This document shows, piece by piece, positions 52,457 to 64,000 of a DNA stretch of 64,000 nt (position 1 is the first letter of the stretch; the number at the start of each line of letters is the position of its first letter). Source of the DNA: Amoeboaphelidium protococcarum X5 (taxonomy: Eukaryota; Fungi; Aphelidiomycota); contig JALDTO010000136.1 of NCBI GenBank assembly GCA_023515725.1, positions 62,001-126,000 on the forward strand. Reading direction: 5' to 3'. The notes beneath the pieces are model-generated. The model ran no database searches. It saw nothing but the letters and a program-made list of their open reading frames with translations, and was not told where the DNA came from. A program made the translations under genes and the position numbers.

Positions 52457-55400
52457 ATGGCGCAAGACAATGATGATTATAGTAAGCGAAATAATAAAAA
52501 TCTTGTCAAGGTGCGACTCAACGTGGGTGGTATGACGTGCCAGTCGTGTGTGAACAGTGTGGAGAAGGGCGTGAGAGCCGTGCAAGGCGTCATAAATGTT
52601 TCAGTTTCACTTTTGACGAATCGGGCCGAAATTGAGATTGACAGCACCGTCACTAGTAGGCAGAAGATTGTGGAATGTATATAAGATTTAGGATTTGAAG
52701 CTGACCCTATTGATGATAGGCCTGTAAATAATGATAGTGATGGAGATTCGTCAATGTCTGCTGATCTTCTGATTGAAGGCATGACTTGTACGAATTGTGT
52801 GTAATCAATAGAGCAGAATATTATAAAAGTAGATGGAGTCATTAATGTGGACGTATCGCTATCTCTGAATAAATGCCATATCGTATTTGATCCAAACAAA
52901 ATTGGTGTAAGATAACTGGTTGGTAAGATTGGAGATCTTGGTTTTGAGGCATCTGTTGTATAATAAAATGAAGTACCTTTAAGTGTCTAGGTGTCTTCAT
53001 AACACGCCAAAGAAGCTCAGTAATGGAAAAATTAACTATTTCAGTGCCTCGCTTTCTCAATACCAGAATTAGCCATTGGACACTTTCTACTTTACTTTGC
53101 TCCTCTCCGAGATATTCTATTCTGGCAAGTGATATTCCCTGGACTGCATCTATTATCAGTACTGGAGCTACTTCTTACTATCCCTATCCAGTTTCATTTT
53201 GGCAAGCGCTTCTACAAGTCCGCGTTTAAATCTTTGTCACATGGCAATGCTAACATGGATGTGCTCATTGTCCTTGGTACCAGCTGCGCTTTCTCCTTCT
53301 CGATATTCGCCATGTGTTACGCTGTAGCTTTTCCCAAGCAGTTTCTCATGGCCCCTCCCATGACATTCTTTGATACGTGTGCCATGGTAATATCCTTTGT
53401 CATGTTTGGTAAGTATCTTGAGAATATCGCCAAGGGTAAGACTTCAAGTGCACTCTCGCAAATGTACAATATGAAGCCAGATTTCGCGTATTTAGTCAGC
53501 GATTATCAGACGGATGATTAGAAAGAAGAGAAGGTGGGTGCCGGTCTGCTTCAAGTTGGAGATACAGTGCGCATTTATCCTGGATAGAAAGTGGCCGCTG
53601 ATGGCTTTCTCCTAGCCGGATCATGCTAGATTGACGAATCTGTTATTACTGGTGAATCTCTGCCTTTATTGAAATAGGCTGGAGATAAAGTTATTGGTGG
53701 TTCTGTCGTGTTGAGCACTTTTAATAATTCCTCCGTGTATGTTCGTGTATTGAAGGTTGGCAATGACACAGCGCTGTCTTAGATTATCAAACTAATTGAA
53801 GATGCCTAGTCGAATAAGCCAGCGATTTAGACATTTGCAGATGCTGTATCTGGTTACTTTGTACCTGCTATTATATCCCTGTCGTTTATCACATTCATTG
53901 GTTGGATTATTGCACTGAGTGGGGCGGACCTTTAGGATTCTTCATCTATTGCCTACCGACTGATTGCGACTAGCCATATGATGTCACACGGCGGAGGAGA
54001 TGGTTCAATGGAATCTCATTACTTAGCAAATGCTACCTCTCTGCATCAACAATCTTCCACTATAATGCAATCCCAGTTTAATGATAGAGCTGTGGATGGT
54101 GCTCCTGCTTTTCTAGCCGTTTTCTTTGTAGCACTTCGGATCGCCATATCGGTGATTGTTGTCGCGTGTCCATGTGCTCTTGGTCTGGCTACTCCCACAG
54201 CTGTCATGGTGGGCACGGGAGTATCTGCAAAGTATGGTATCCTCATTAAAGGAGGCTAGGCATTGGAAGCTGCCAAAGCTGCCACTCATTACATTTTTGA
54301 TAAAACTGGAACTCTTACGCGCGGCAATCTGAAATTAGCCAAAGTGTTGTATGACAATGTTGAAATGCTGGGCCAAGAGATGGTATTGAAAGTGCTCGCT
54401 GTTGCCGAGTCAGAGTCTTCTCACCCAGTGGCACGAGCTTTGAAGTAGCATCAAGAAGAGAAAGAGCATGTAAGTGTTGGTGGTGGAAGTACTGAGAAAC
54501 TTATAGCGCGCGTATTCGGAGTAGATATTCTGTGTGGGTACAAAGTCAGATAATTGTAGTTTACTGTTGATCCGTTTGGAGTAAAGTCGGATATATCTAT
54601 TGAATCGAAAGACCAGGAGGCTATCGAATTACATGTCACTGTAGGATTTGGTAATGGAACTTAGACTTCTTAATCAGAAGCAGATGAATCGTCCTCTATG
54701 CATATTGACAGTGGCTAGTTAAAGGTGCCTTTCACCATAAGCTGTAACAGTAAAGACGGCGGGGAATAGAAAGTGTCGGGCAGTTTATACTTTGAAGATG
54801 AAGTTGTTCAGGATGCTGCAGAAGCGGTCAAAGTATTGCAAATGCAGGGTAAGACTCTGTACATGATCACAGGTGACAACTGGACTACAGCTGCTGCAGT
54901 GGCATAAAAAGTTGGAATAAGTCTTAGTAATGTATTTGCCAACGTGTCGCCGGCTGGTAAGAAGGATTTACTCGAGGCAATTTAAATGGGCAATGAGAAT
55001 CAGTTCCGGGATGGAGACTATAATCACACACCAGCTGTTATGGACGTAAGTGATGATAATGATGCTGCTGTGCGCAGTCAGTCCAATGAAAAAACTAGCA
55101 AGGCTTTCGCACCACGTTATATATTGAATCAAGTTCGAATGCTTTGGAGTCATGTAAAATATGGATCATCACACAGGTTATATGAGAATCTGGAAGCTGG
55201 TGTCCTATCCGGTTCACTAGAAGGTGGTATGAAGCAAGGGAGTAATAGAATAGTCGCCATGGTGGGTGATGGCGTCAACGATTCCATTGCACTAGCTCAA
55301 GCTGATGTAGGTATAGCAATGTGCTCAGGCACGGATATTGCCATGGACGCTGCAGATATTGTCCTGATGAACACTAATAATCTACTGTAGATCCCTCTGG

Positions 55401-55675
55401 CTATTGATCTATCTACAAGCATCATCAGGCGGATAAAGATGAATTTCATATGGGCATTCGCGTATAACATCATTACACTTCCATTTGCAACTGGCCTAAT
55501 GTTCTCCACCACTGGAATAATCCTTCATCCAATAATAGCCGCCGCTCTGATGGCTCTCAGCTCAGTCTCTGTCGTTGTATCTTCCCTCATGCTCAAGACG
55601 TATAGGCCACCTCAATACTTGAACAAGAAGTAGAGCGCGTAAGAACTCTTGACTAATAATGGCATTGAAAATTGA
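52457..55675 (+). CDS. CCC2: P1B Cu(I)-transporting ATPase (Ccc2/ATP7), 1072 aa
   Basis: [50 protein letters not shown]. Confidence 0.94.
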
Positions 55676-55766
55676 TATCGCTATTCTTGATGTAAATCGC
55701 AATGTATGTATGTTTCAATCATATATAATAGTAAATCATCATCTTCATTTATACAATGCAATAATT

Positions 55767-56219
55767 TCACTTCTTTTTCTATTTAACCACTCGCCGCACC
55801 TTCCGCTCCTTTACAATGTTGGCGCCGCTCACCATTTTGTCATCTTGTACTTTCTATCCCTTTGTGCTGTTAAAAGAGCCAAAGCCTAGCAGTCTCTCCA
55901 TTGATACCAGTTCATCGTCATCATCATTCTAATTATCAACGTACATCGCTGTACCTTAATCTTATGGCTTCTTGTTCGGTATAGCGTTCGCCTTTAACTT
56001 TGTTTAAGGATCACCAGGCTTTTATTTTTATTTTTATTGTACTATATCATTATCATCATTTTATTTCCTTTTTCTACTATACGCGGATGTAGATGATACC
56101 ACTGAATTCGAAAGATTCTATTTCTACCGCTCTGCATGAGGTTATTACTAGCTAGAGTGACTCTATTATAGCTATTATCTATTTCGATGCACACTAACTG
56201 CACGTGGAATATGTTTCAT
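55767..56219 (-). CDS. SNRNP27: Divergent U4/U6.U5 tri-snRNP 27K protein, 150 aa (absent from the ORF track)
   Basis: MERLLGFGSFNSTKGQKV matches the GFxxFxSTKGKKV signature; many TAR=Gln codons. Confidence 0.72.
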
Positions 56220-56345
56220 TTCAATTCAATTTAACGCTTTCTCGTTCAATGAGAAGAGACTTGGAAAAGTGTTTAAACGCGCGATTTTCGACTTGACGCG
56301 TCCGAACAACGTGCTTCACCTCTTTGTTGAAATCAAACTGTATAT

Positions 56346-56850
56346 ATGGAAGAACGACAGCTGTACATGGATCAATTAGTGTCAATTATTAAAGAAACTT
56401 CTATTAATGACTCTGACAATGAGGTGAATGCTTTGGAAGATATTCAGAGAATTTAGTAGTAATTATAGCGGAGGATGAAGAGTTCGTTGTAATTTTTATC
56501 TGAATCTAGCGCACAGTTAGATCAGCACCATGCTAGAGACACGATGCTCTAATCGCAATCATCTTTGAACAGTTAACCAATAAGCACTTAGGCATAGGAG
56601 GATTACTAACAGCGATGGCGGAATAGCATCAGTAAAGTCAAGTCAATTAATACAGAGTTGAAGCAACTTTAAGAACTAATCAAGTATGTTTTCTAATCTT
56701 ATGAATAGTCTCTTACTTGCGATAATCTTATAATCAGGAGAAATATGTAGTTAAATCAAGCAAGCAGTCAGAAGCAAATATCCTCTGTAATTTGAAAAAG
56801 CTCTAGAGTAAATTCCACGCGTAGTATAATCTGATGAAGAAGATGATTGA
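56346..56850 (+). CDS. Small coiled-coil protein, KXD1-like, predicted intron 56684-56750
   Basis: After splicing reads ELKQLQELINQIKQAVRSKYPLQF...SDEEDD-TGA; GTATGT...TGTAG intron. Confidence 0.5.
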
Positions 56851-56966
56851 ATAGGTTTATGTTGCTGAGCGGTTCGCCGTACTGATTAAAACACTCTTTT
56901 TCAATTTTGATCGGCACTTTATAAACAAGACGATATTACAATCTAGTTAAACTTTTAACTTTCTAA

Positions 56967-58109
56967 ATGAGATTTCTGAGTGGAATTTAAGCGACTGCTG
57001 GCTCTCTGCATTTGGGTAATTATATAGGAGCTGTGAGGTAGTGGGCTAGACTATCGCGGTCAATGCTACTATCTAAAGATCCTAATCAACGCGACGAAGA
57101 TACGATTAAAATTGAAAGTGTGCATTTCATGATATGTGATTTACACGCTCTGACCACGGTGAAAGATCCTCAAATGCTAAAGTAGAACACTTTGTCAATG
57201 TTCAAATCTCTAGTTGCCTGTGGCATCAGTCCGCAACATCTCTTTATATAGTCAGCAGTGCCGTATCACACGTAACTGCATTGGATACTCTCTACTCTTG
57301 CTCCACTTTCACATCTCACTCGGATGACTTAATACAAATCAAAGGTTAGATAGACATAGAATTAATCGCGTCATCAAGACTCAAAATCAAAGATTGATGG
57401 ACATAATGCCGGACTGTTAATGTATCCCGTACTGCAGGCTGCTGATATCATGCTCTACCAAGCCTCTCATGTTCCCGTTGGAGAAGATTAGTTGTAACAC
57501 TTGGAACTCACGCGTACTCTTATAACATCATTTAATACTCAATTTTAATCTGCTTTTCCATTACCTCAGGCTTATGATTCTAGTATTAATAGCACTCAGA
57601 GGGTACATATTTAGAATAATATTGGGAATCGACTTCCACGAATAATGTGTCTATAGAATCCTGATTCAAAGATGAGCAAATCTTCACCAAAAGGCTGCCT
57701 TTTTATTACTGATTCTGATGAAGAAATTCAACGCAAAATCTTGAAGGCCAGGACTGACAGTTTAGAATTTGATACGCGTCTGATGCCCGGGGAGTTATTG
57801 CACACCCAGGATCGACCCGGTATTAAGAACTTGGTTGACATTGCTCTATATTTAAACTCTACTTTGCCTTGTTTAAATGTGGAGATGTTTTTATAATCTG
57901 TAGAGTTGCGGAATACAAAGTAGCTAAAGGAATATGTTGGCTCACTAATTATTGAACATTTGATGCCCATCAGGGAACGTTATAAACAAGTTGAAGGTGT
58001 GGATATTTAGAAGCTCATTTAAGAAGGCAATTAAAATGCTCTGCAAGTCGCATAAAAGAACTACCAGCAGATTGCGCAACTTGTTGGTTTACATAAAGTG
58101 TCATACTGA
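56967..58109 (+). CDS. MSW1: Mitochondrial (bacterial-type) tryptophanyl-tRNA synthetase, ~380 aa
   Basis: SGI-Q(TAA), [19 protein letters not shown](TAG)-L-Q(TAA)-HLE, KMSKS. Confidence 0.93.
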
Positions 58110-58238
58110 TTATGCACTTCGGTAAAGTAATTTTTGATCCGCTGGAACGTGTCAATTTTGTTCACTCTGATTGCCAGGACTTTAACGCTATTCTGAGAAT
58201 AATATCTTCATTGATCAATCATTTTATAATATATTTCA

Positions 58239-58918
58239 TCATTTATATATCTATTTCAACTGATCAAAGTCATTCTCTTCAATGTCCCATGGATTTCTAG
58301 GAGGGAGTCCCTGTTCAAATTCACGGTAATCTAAATTCTGCTGATTTCGCTGATCACTTCGACCTCTATTGCCTGTTGATTATGCTCCCGATCTAGAAAA
58401 TCCATCACCGTTATTATTACTATTATTATTGTTGTTAGTAGTGGCAGTATCTTACTAATTAGACGGAGATTGTCGAGAAATATCAACTTTAGAAGGAGTG
58501 AGCATATTGAGTCCTCGCTTCTGCTGTAATCGTTGCTTAAGTTCTTGACGCTCCCGTTCCAATCTATCCATAGCCTCTTGACGCTATTTCACAAATCTCT
58601 AATACGCCTCTTCGATTGAATCTTTTTCACCGGTACTCGGACTATAATTAATACTACTGCTATTCAGCGGGGAGGTGGGCGAAAGATTATGTTGATTATT
58701 CTACTGCTGCTACTACTTCACCACAATTTGTGACTTGGTGATTGACAGAGGAGCCGGAGCCTACACATTGACTAATAGATTTATGAAATGGTCATTATGA
58801 CTACTAGTTAAATATGCTCAATTATTACCAGAGTTTAGTGCTAATTTAGAGCAGGATCTTATATGACAGTGACTTCAGCGATGGCCTTTTAGTGCAAATT
58901 AGTCTTTAAAGCACTCAT
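58239..58918 (-). CDS. Uncharacterised Q/N-rich coiled-coil protein, predicted intron 58761-58828
   Basis: A phase-0 GT...TGTAG intron joins MSALKTNLH... to a long open frame ending TGA. Confidence 0.55.
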
Positions 58919-59242
58919 CCTCTATTCCTATTGCTATTACTACTGGCTGTCTATAATCGCAGTGATAATCAAAGAGGATAAAACGCGCGATAAATAAAGC
59001 GAGACGAGGAGTGAATGAACAGTTTGGTGTGTAAGAAAGTCCCTCAGCTTTGGCTATCCAAGATAAGATAAGACGATAACAAAGTGAGGCAGCGATCTTG
59101 CTTGTTTTCCGTTTCAGAGGAAACTGTTTCAAGTCGAGTTTTGTCATTGGGAGAAGCTTCCTCTCTCTCTCTCTCTCTCTATTATACAGTACAGCCATCC
59201 TCACTGTAATACATGTTAATTTCTTTTATTGAGTCTGGTAGA

Positions 59243-61228
59243 ATGAATAACATCTAATTGTAATAGAGTGATTGTGTGAAGGCTCAATTACATACCAAGA
59301 ACGTCTCTTAATTTTTACCTGGATCGTAGTTTCTGATGCTGCTTACTGGTAATGAGTATAATGGAGATTGTATAGAAGTGTGGTGTGCATAATCTTTGTA
59401 ATTGATTCAAACCATACCTGGTACTTCCTTAATCACCTCATTTGATTGTGATATGGCGGACTAGTAATTACTGGCTGTTTGTGAAAGTTCTGGCGCTATC
59501 AAGATTTATGAACAGAGTCAGAGTAGTAAGAAGTTTGAATGTATCTCCACTAGGAATTACCTATCCTTTGCATAATCCAATTCTGATTCTATCATCAGTA
59601 TTAAATTTCATCCATCATTGTAATTCTTTGCCACCTGTTCTTCATCTGGCGTATTATATTTCTGGGATGTGCGGCATAAGATGCCAATGTAGACGTATGA
59701 TTTGAAGTGTTGTTTTACTATTGATAAGTGTTCCATCCTGTTTAGTCCAGATGGATCTATGATGGCTGTTGGTGTCCAGTCTGCTTGTTATATTTACGAT
59801 CTTTCGAGTGGTAAATTAAAGTGTTAATTCTCTGGGATGTCTTTTTTGGATAATCTTTAATTTCATAATTCTCAAGTATGTCTCATAGGTTCATGTGAGA
59901 CTGACTTGTTCTGCTATGATATTTTAGAATAGAAACTGCGGTATCTGGGATAGAGATTGGAATCTCCAGTTAGATTATTAGATTTCACTTCGAATTTGCA
60001 ATAGTATTTTGTTATCACTGGTAGAATGATTTACATATTGGATTTTAACAATTGCAATGCCCAGACTCATAACGTCTCATAATAGTTGTTGGAGTATCTT
60101 TACTACAACAAGTCTTTGTCTGTCAAAGAATGCTGGTTGGCCAGGGATTCAGAGCTTATTTATTATAGCATATCTTCGAGTAATGGCTTGAGCAGACTGG
60201 CTCTAGAATTGAAAAAGTTGGATGTTGTTAAGAAGAGTGATATGGTTCAGATTGAAGCCAAGTTTGAGCGCGATTTGAATACTGAGAATGTTAAGTAGGA
60301 AGTTGTTTAATCGAAATAGAGTGCTAGATCATAACAGTTGTCTGGTAATATAGATTAGTAGAAAGAAAAAGATAAAGCTACTTCTCAGAGCAGAGTTACT
60401 TAAAGGGGCGTTAAAGGTAATAATTCCAAGGTAGATATTCATCATGGAGTTAATCCTAAAATGAATGTCGCGCAAGAGTCTAAAGTTGATTATTCTATAT
60501 CCAGAGTAAGCACAGCGCCACTCGCACGATAAGAATCTGAATCCAAAGAGAATCGATAAGAGAATTCATAAGATTAACCATTAGAGGATGGATCTAGTGA
60601 AGCTCTTCTCACACTCTTAACTGGACAGTAATTTACGTCTAATAGGTAAATGTTGCGATAGAGAATGAAATCTGCACAACTTTTGTCAAAGAGTAAATCA
60701 ATGCTTATACTTGTGTAAAGATTAGATAGCTGGCTCCGGCGAGAGGTTGTGGGTGATTAAATTTGTATGCTTCGTAGTGATATCAGTGCCATGGTGGATG
60801 AATTAAGTGATGCTCATAGTGGCTTTCTAAGCAGCGTCTTTTAAATATTGAACAAATAGAGCACCGCTATAACTCTGGATTGTGCTGTTATTATTCTACC
60901 GATTTGCTGTGTTCTAATGAAGTCTAAGCTGATTGAGTCGAAACTGTAATCTTCTCTCCTCATTCAAAGCATCGTTCATAGCTTCTCAGAGCTCTTCATT
61001 GACGCTCGAGCATAAAAACTGTCTCGGATGGGCGTAGATGTCGTGATGGAGGAACGTTATGAAAAGTGTAGAAAATTTCTAAAATCATTACAGAAAATTC
61101 ATACACTGCTAAAGTCTGTGTATGAATAACAATAATAGGTTGATGTTGGTGATGAGCATTAAGATGGGGAAGAGTTGCTGTAGAAAGTCTCAAGGTAGAT
61201 TCTCATTGATATTTAAAAGATTCTCTGA
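59243..61228 (+). CDS. KATNB1: Katanin p80 (WD40 plus con80 domain), 661 aa
   Basis: WD repeats (IKFHPS, FWDVR, FSPDG); C-terminal ITLDCAVIILP and GVDVVMEERYEKC. Confidence 0.78.
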
Positions 61229-61293
61229 ACATAAAGATGATGACCATAGTGACAGTTTATGTAATTTGCTAAGATTACTATACTATGTTGATA

Positions 61294-63966
61294 TCACTAG
61301 GATTTCTATAGCGTCTATTAATCTTTACTTGATGACATATCCAGCATAAACGGCTTTGACAACGGAGTAAAAGAAATGTCCAACTCTTTCATAGAAGCCA
61401 CTGCAGCTTTGCAAAATTAAATTCGTCTAAAGTTGTACATGTCGAAATTCTGATAATTCGTTCTATGCGCATATGTCAATTTGACTACCATTCCTTCCAT
61501 ATCGGTGAAGTTGTCAATAGAGAACGAGACACCCTCCTGGAAATGGGTAGACTCTGATTTTACAAACGCCTGCAACTTCTTCTACAACTCTTGCAACTTC
61601 TCCAGTGGTGTAGTGTAAGTGACTCGCAAAGCATATTGTTCATACTAAGGCTTGGCTCGCCGTATGTTCGATATATCCAACTGGGCGAGGTTACTATTCG
61701 GCAGATAAATCAACTGGCCATCCCAACGCTCTACCACGGTTGACAGAATATTCACTCTAGTCACGACATAATTCTATCCACTCACCCATATACGATCTCC
61801 AACATCATATGGATGAACCAGAAACATCAAAATTATACCTTCAAATGCCTACTTGGCAGTACTACCAAAGAGGAAAGCAAATGACACCATCACTGAACTT
61901 ATGCTAACAAACACGCTGTACGCATTAACACCGAATATAGATAGCGTACCCATCACCAAGAGAAAGCAGAGGACAATGGTGAGGAAATCGTCTACTTTCC
62001 TGATGAGAGACTTCATACCAGAGAGACTGGCCACAAGTCGGCCACGTTCGCGGTAAATCTTGATCAGGAGCTGACGGAAATCTCGCTGCGTAAACTTGCC
62101 CTTATCGCTCTTGGATAGGAGGAAGAGTCGAACAATCTACTAGACTGATTGCTGCTTCTAAATAATCTCCCGTTCCATTGATGATAGATCACTATTGTCC
62201 GCAAGAGTATCATGAACATTACCCCACGAAAAGAGCGGCATCAAATCTCTATTCACATCCAGATAATCTTGGTCTTGATCATGACGCAGCTACTGGAAAA
62301 ATTTATCAGCCAAATGAGATGCTTTCTCATCATTTGCGGTGAAGTACCATTAACGCTTAGCTTTTCGCTTCTGCTGTCTCTAGTAATGAAAATGATGCAG
62401 ATGATGATATTTGGTAGCTCTATGCAGCATTGAAGTGGACTCATGAACACCGCCGAGACCAGCCAATTTCTTGCTTGTATGAAAATCAATTTTATCGTTA
62501 GAATCGTGTAATTTCCGAATGAGATCAAGCAGCTCCATATCATCATTACGCAAACCTTCAGCCTCGACTTCCTCGCGAACAAAGTCATCAGTCAAAGCCA
62601 CGCTATAGAACATATCGAGCAATCGCTTCCATCCGTGGAACGTCAAATCTTGGGTCACCAGCTACTTGGACAGCTCCTGCTGATTAGGTTCATCCACCAG
62701 CAAATCTTTAAATGAATACGGAATCACAAGATTACTGACTCGAAATAAGATTTCAGGACTGATCGGCATTCGATACTGCGTGGATGAGCCGTGACTAGAG
62801 GTGTTGGAGCCCCCAGTTCTATAAAGTCGGTTGACTTCATCTTGAGCTTGAATTTTGCGTAAATATTTAAGTCGCCGCTTAGCCTCCCTCAGTGTCTCTA
62901 CGATGAAATCCATAAATATACTTTCCCTCACACGATCTTAGAATGTGGACTAATTAAACTTATACACCAGCCGCTTAGTACCGACATTCTTCAACGACAG
63001 CGATACAAGCCACAGTGTGATAACACCAAACACGGGATTAATGTAATTAAAGGGAATAGCAGTTTAATCCACGACAGAGGGAGGATACACCAGAGGAAAT
63101 ATCACATTCCAAGATAGAAAACAGAGCAGCATAGTTATTGTGCCGGCCAAGTGAGGCATTACCTCAGCACCCATCGAAAGCGCGTCTCCGTACAAGTAAT
63201 CATCATAAGAGCTTTCAGATATCAAATGGTAGAATAGTACATGAAGAAATAGCTTTGTGACTGGATATATCCAAAGCAAAACGGCGAGAATGGAGAAGCA
63301 AACCAGAGCTTCTAAATTTCCAAATTTGACAGGTTCAGCAAAAGCAAAATGCAATATCAGGCCCGGTAGTAGCACCAATCCTGATAACAGCAGTACTTTC
63401 CAAAAGGCTTTAAATGTACTTGTTGACACGGCAGATCTTACAGACTGAGATACCAAGCAGCCCACGCGTTGGATTAAACCACGACGATTAGAGACGGAGC
63501 GACCAGAATTGTAGGAGTATTCATTATTTTCGCTATCATTCTGTAGTTTACCACTATCTAAATGTATAATTTTCGATTTTAATATAATCGAAGGCGATGG
63601 ATCCTTGCCATAATTTTGACCATTCAAAGGACGGGCTGAGCTGTCAGAGAACACAGGAGAGATGACTTCAACTTGCGCAGTTGACTTGCTGGGTTAAGAT
63701 GATACGACAGTACCGGCAACCGTCACCTGATTACTTGAGACTTCAAACACCTACTAGATTCTACTAAGTCTTCTCAATTCAGTAGGAAAAGCTTTTATAT
63801 ACTCGGCTAAACCACTATTCTGTCGCGATTGCTATGGCTCATCTATAGTGATTTTGATCTCTGTTGTCGTTTGAGAGTTTGAGCTCAATCGCTAGAAACT
63901 TCCCCTCGACTTTGACTCACTTGCATTTTGATAACTACTCACATGGCTAAATTGATTTTACGACAT
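61294..63966 (-). CDS. MscS-like mechanosensitive channel (Msy1/Msy2 type), 890 aa
   Basis: Multiple TMs, FAFLFG, FLVHPYDVGDRI, PNSNL...NIRR. Confidence 0.9.
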
Positions 63967-64000
63967 GAAACATTTAAAAGCTTAGTATAACTTACTTTTA

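Noticed and set aside
59160-59180. (CT)n, plus (CATT)n at ~45850 and (AAAC)n at ~13200, as possible arrays
   Set aside because: Simple microsatellites; no repeat-spacer (CRISPR-like) structure seen anywhere in the window.

Overview
Gene-dense, intron-poor eukaryotic nuclear DNA with fungus-like genes. TAA and TAG encode Gln and TGA is the only stop (translation table 6). This is why the supplied standard-code ORF track is fragmented. The code and gene content best fit an aphelid such as Amoeboaphelidium protococcarum, where this reassignment is already known; the identification is inference. Re-read in table 6, about 30 CDS appear, nearly all ending in a clear TGA. Housekeeping genes include a LAMMER kinase, NTE1, NIC96, PAM17, TRM61, a CYTH RNA triphosphatase, GPAT, a DDHD lipase, a RasGEF, a Rec8/Rad21 kleisin, a DeSI peptidase, a Cu-ATPase, SNRNP27, mitochondrial TrpRS, katanin p80 and an MscS-like channel. 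There is one tRNA-Thr(CGT). Accessory content: (1) an inverted pair of secreted Gly/Ala/Gln/Pro-rich proteins with near-identical flanks, a divergent central module and a tandem ~85-aa domain I cannot name, each next to a severin/gelsolin paralog (one with 3 introns, one with none); (2) a Dada-type DDE transposase with an inserted DnaQ-like exonuclease; (3) a Crinkler-type REase+kinase, a probable MULE relic and further secreted proteins. All calls come from manual translation and motif recognition; no searches were run.
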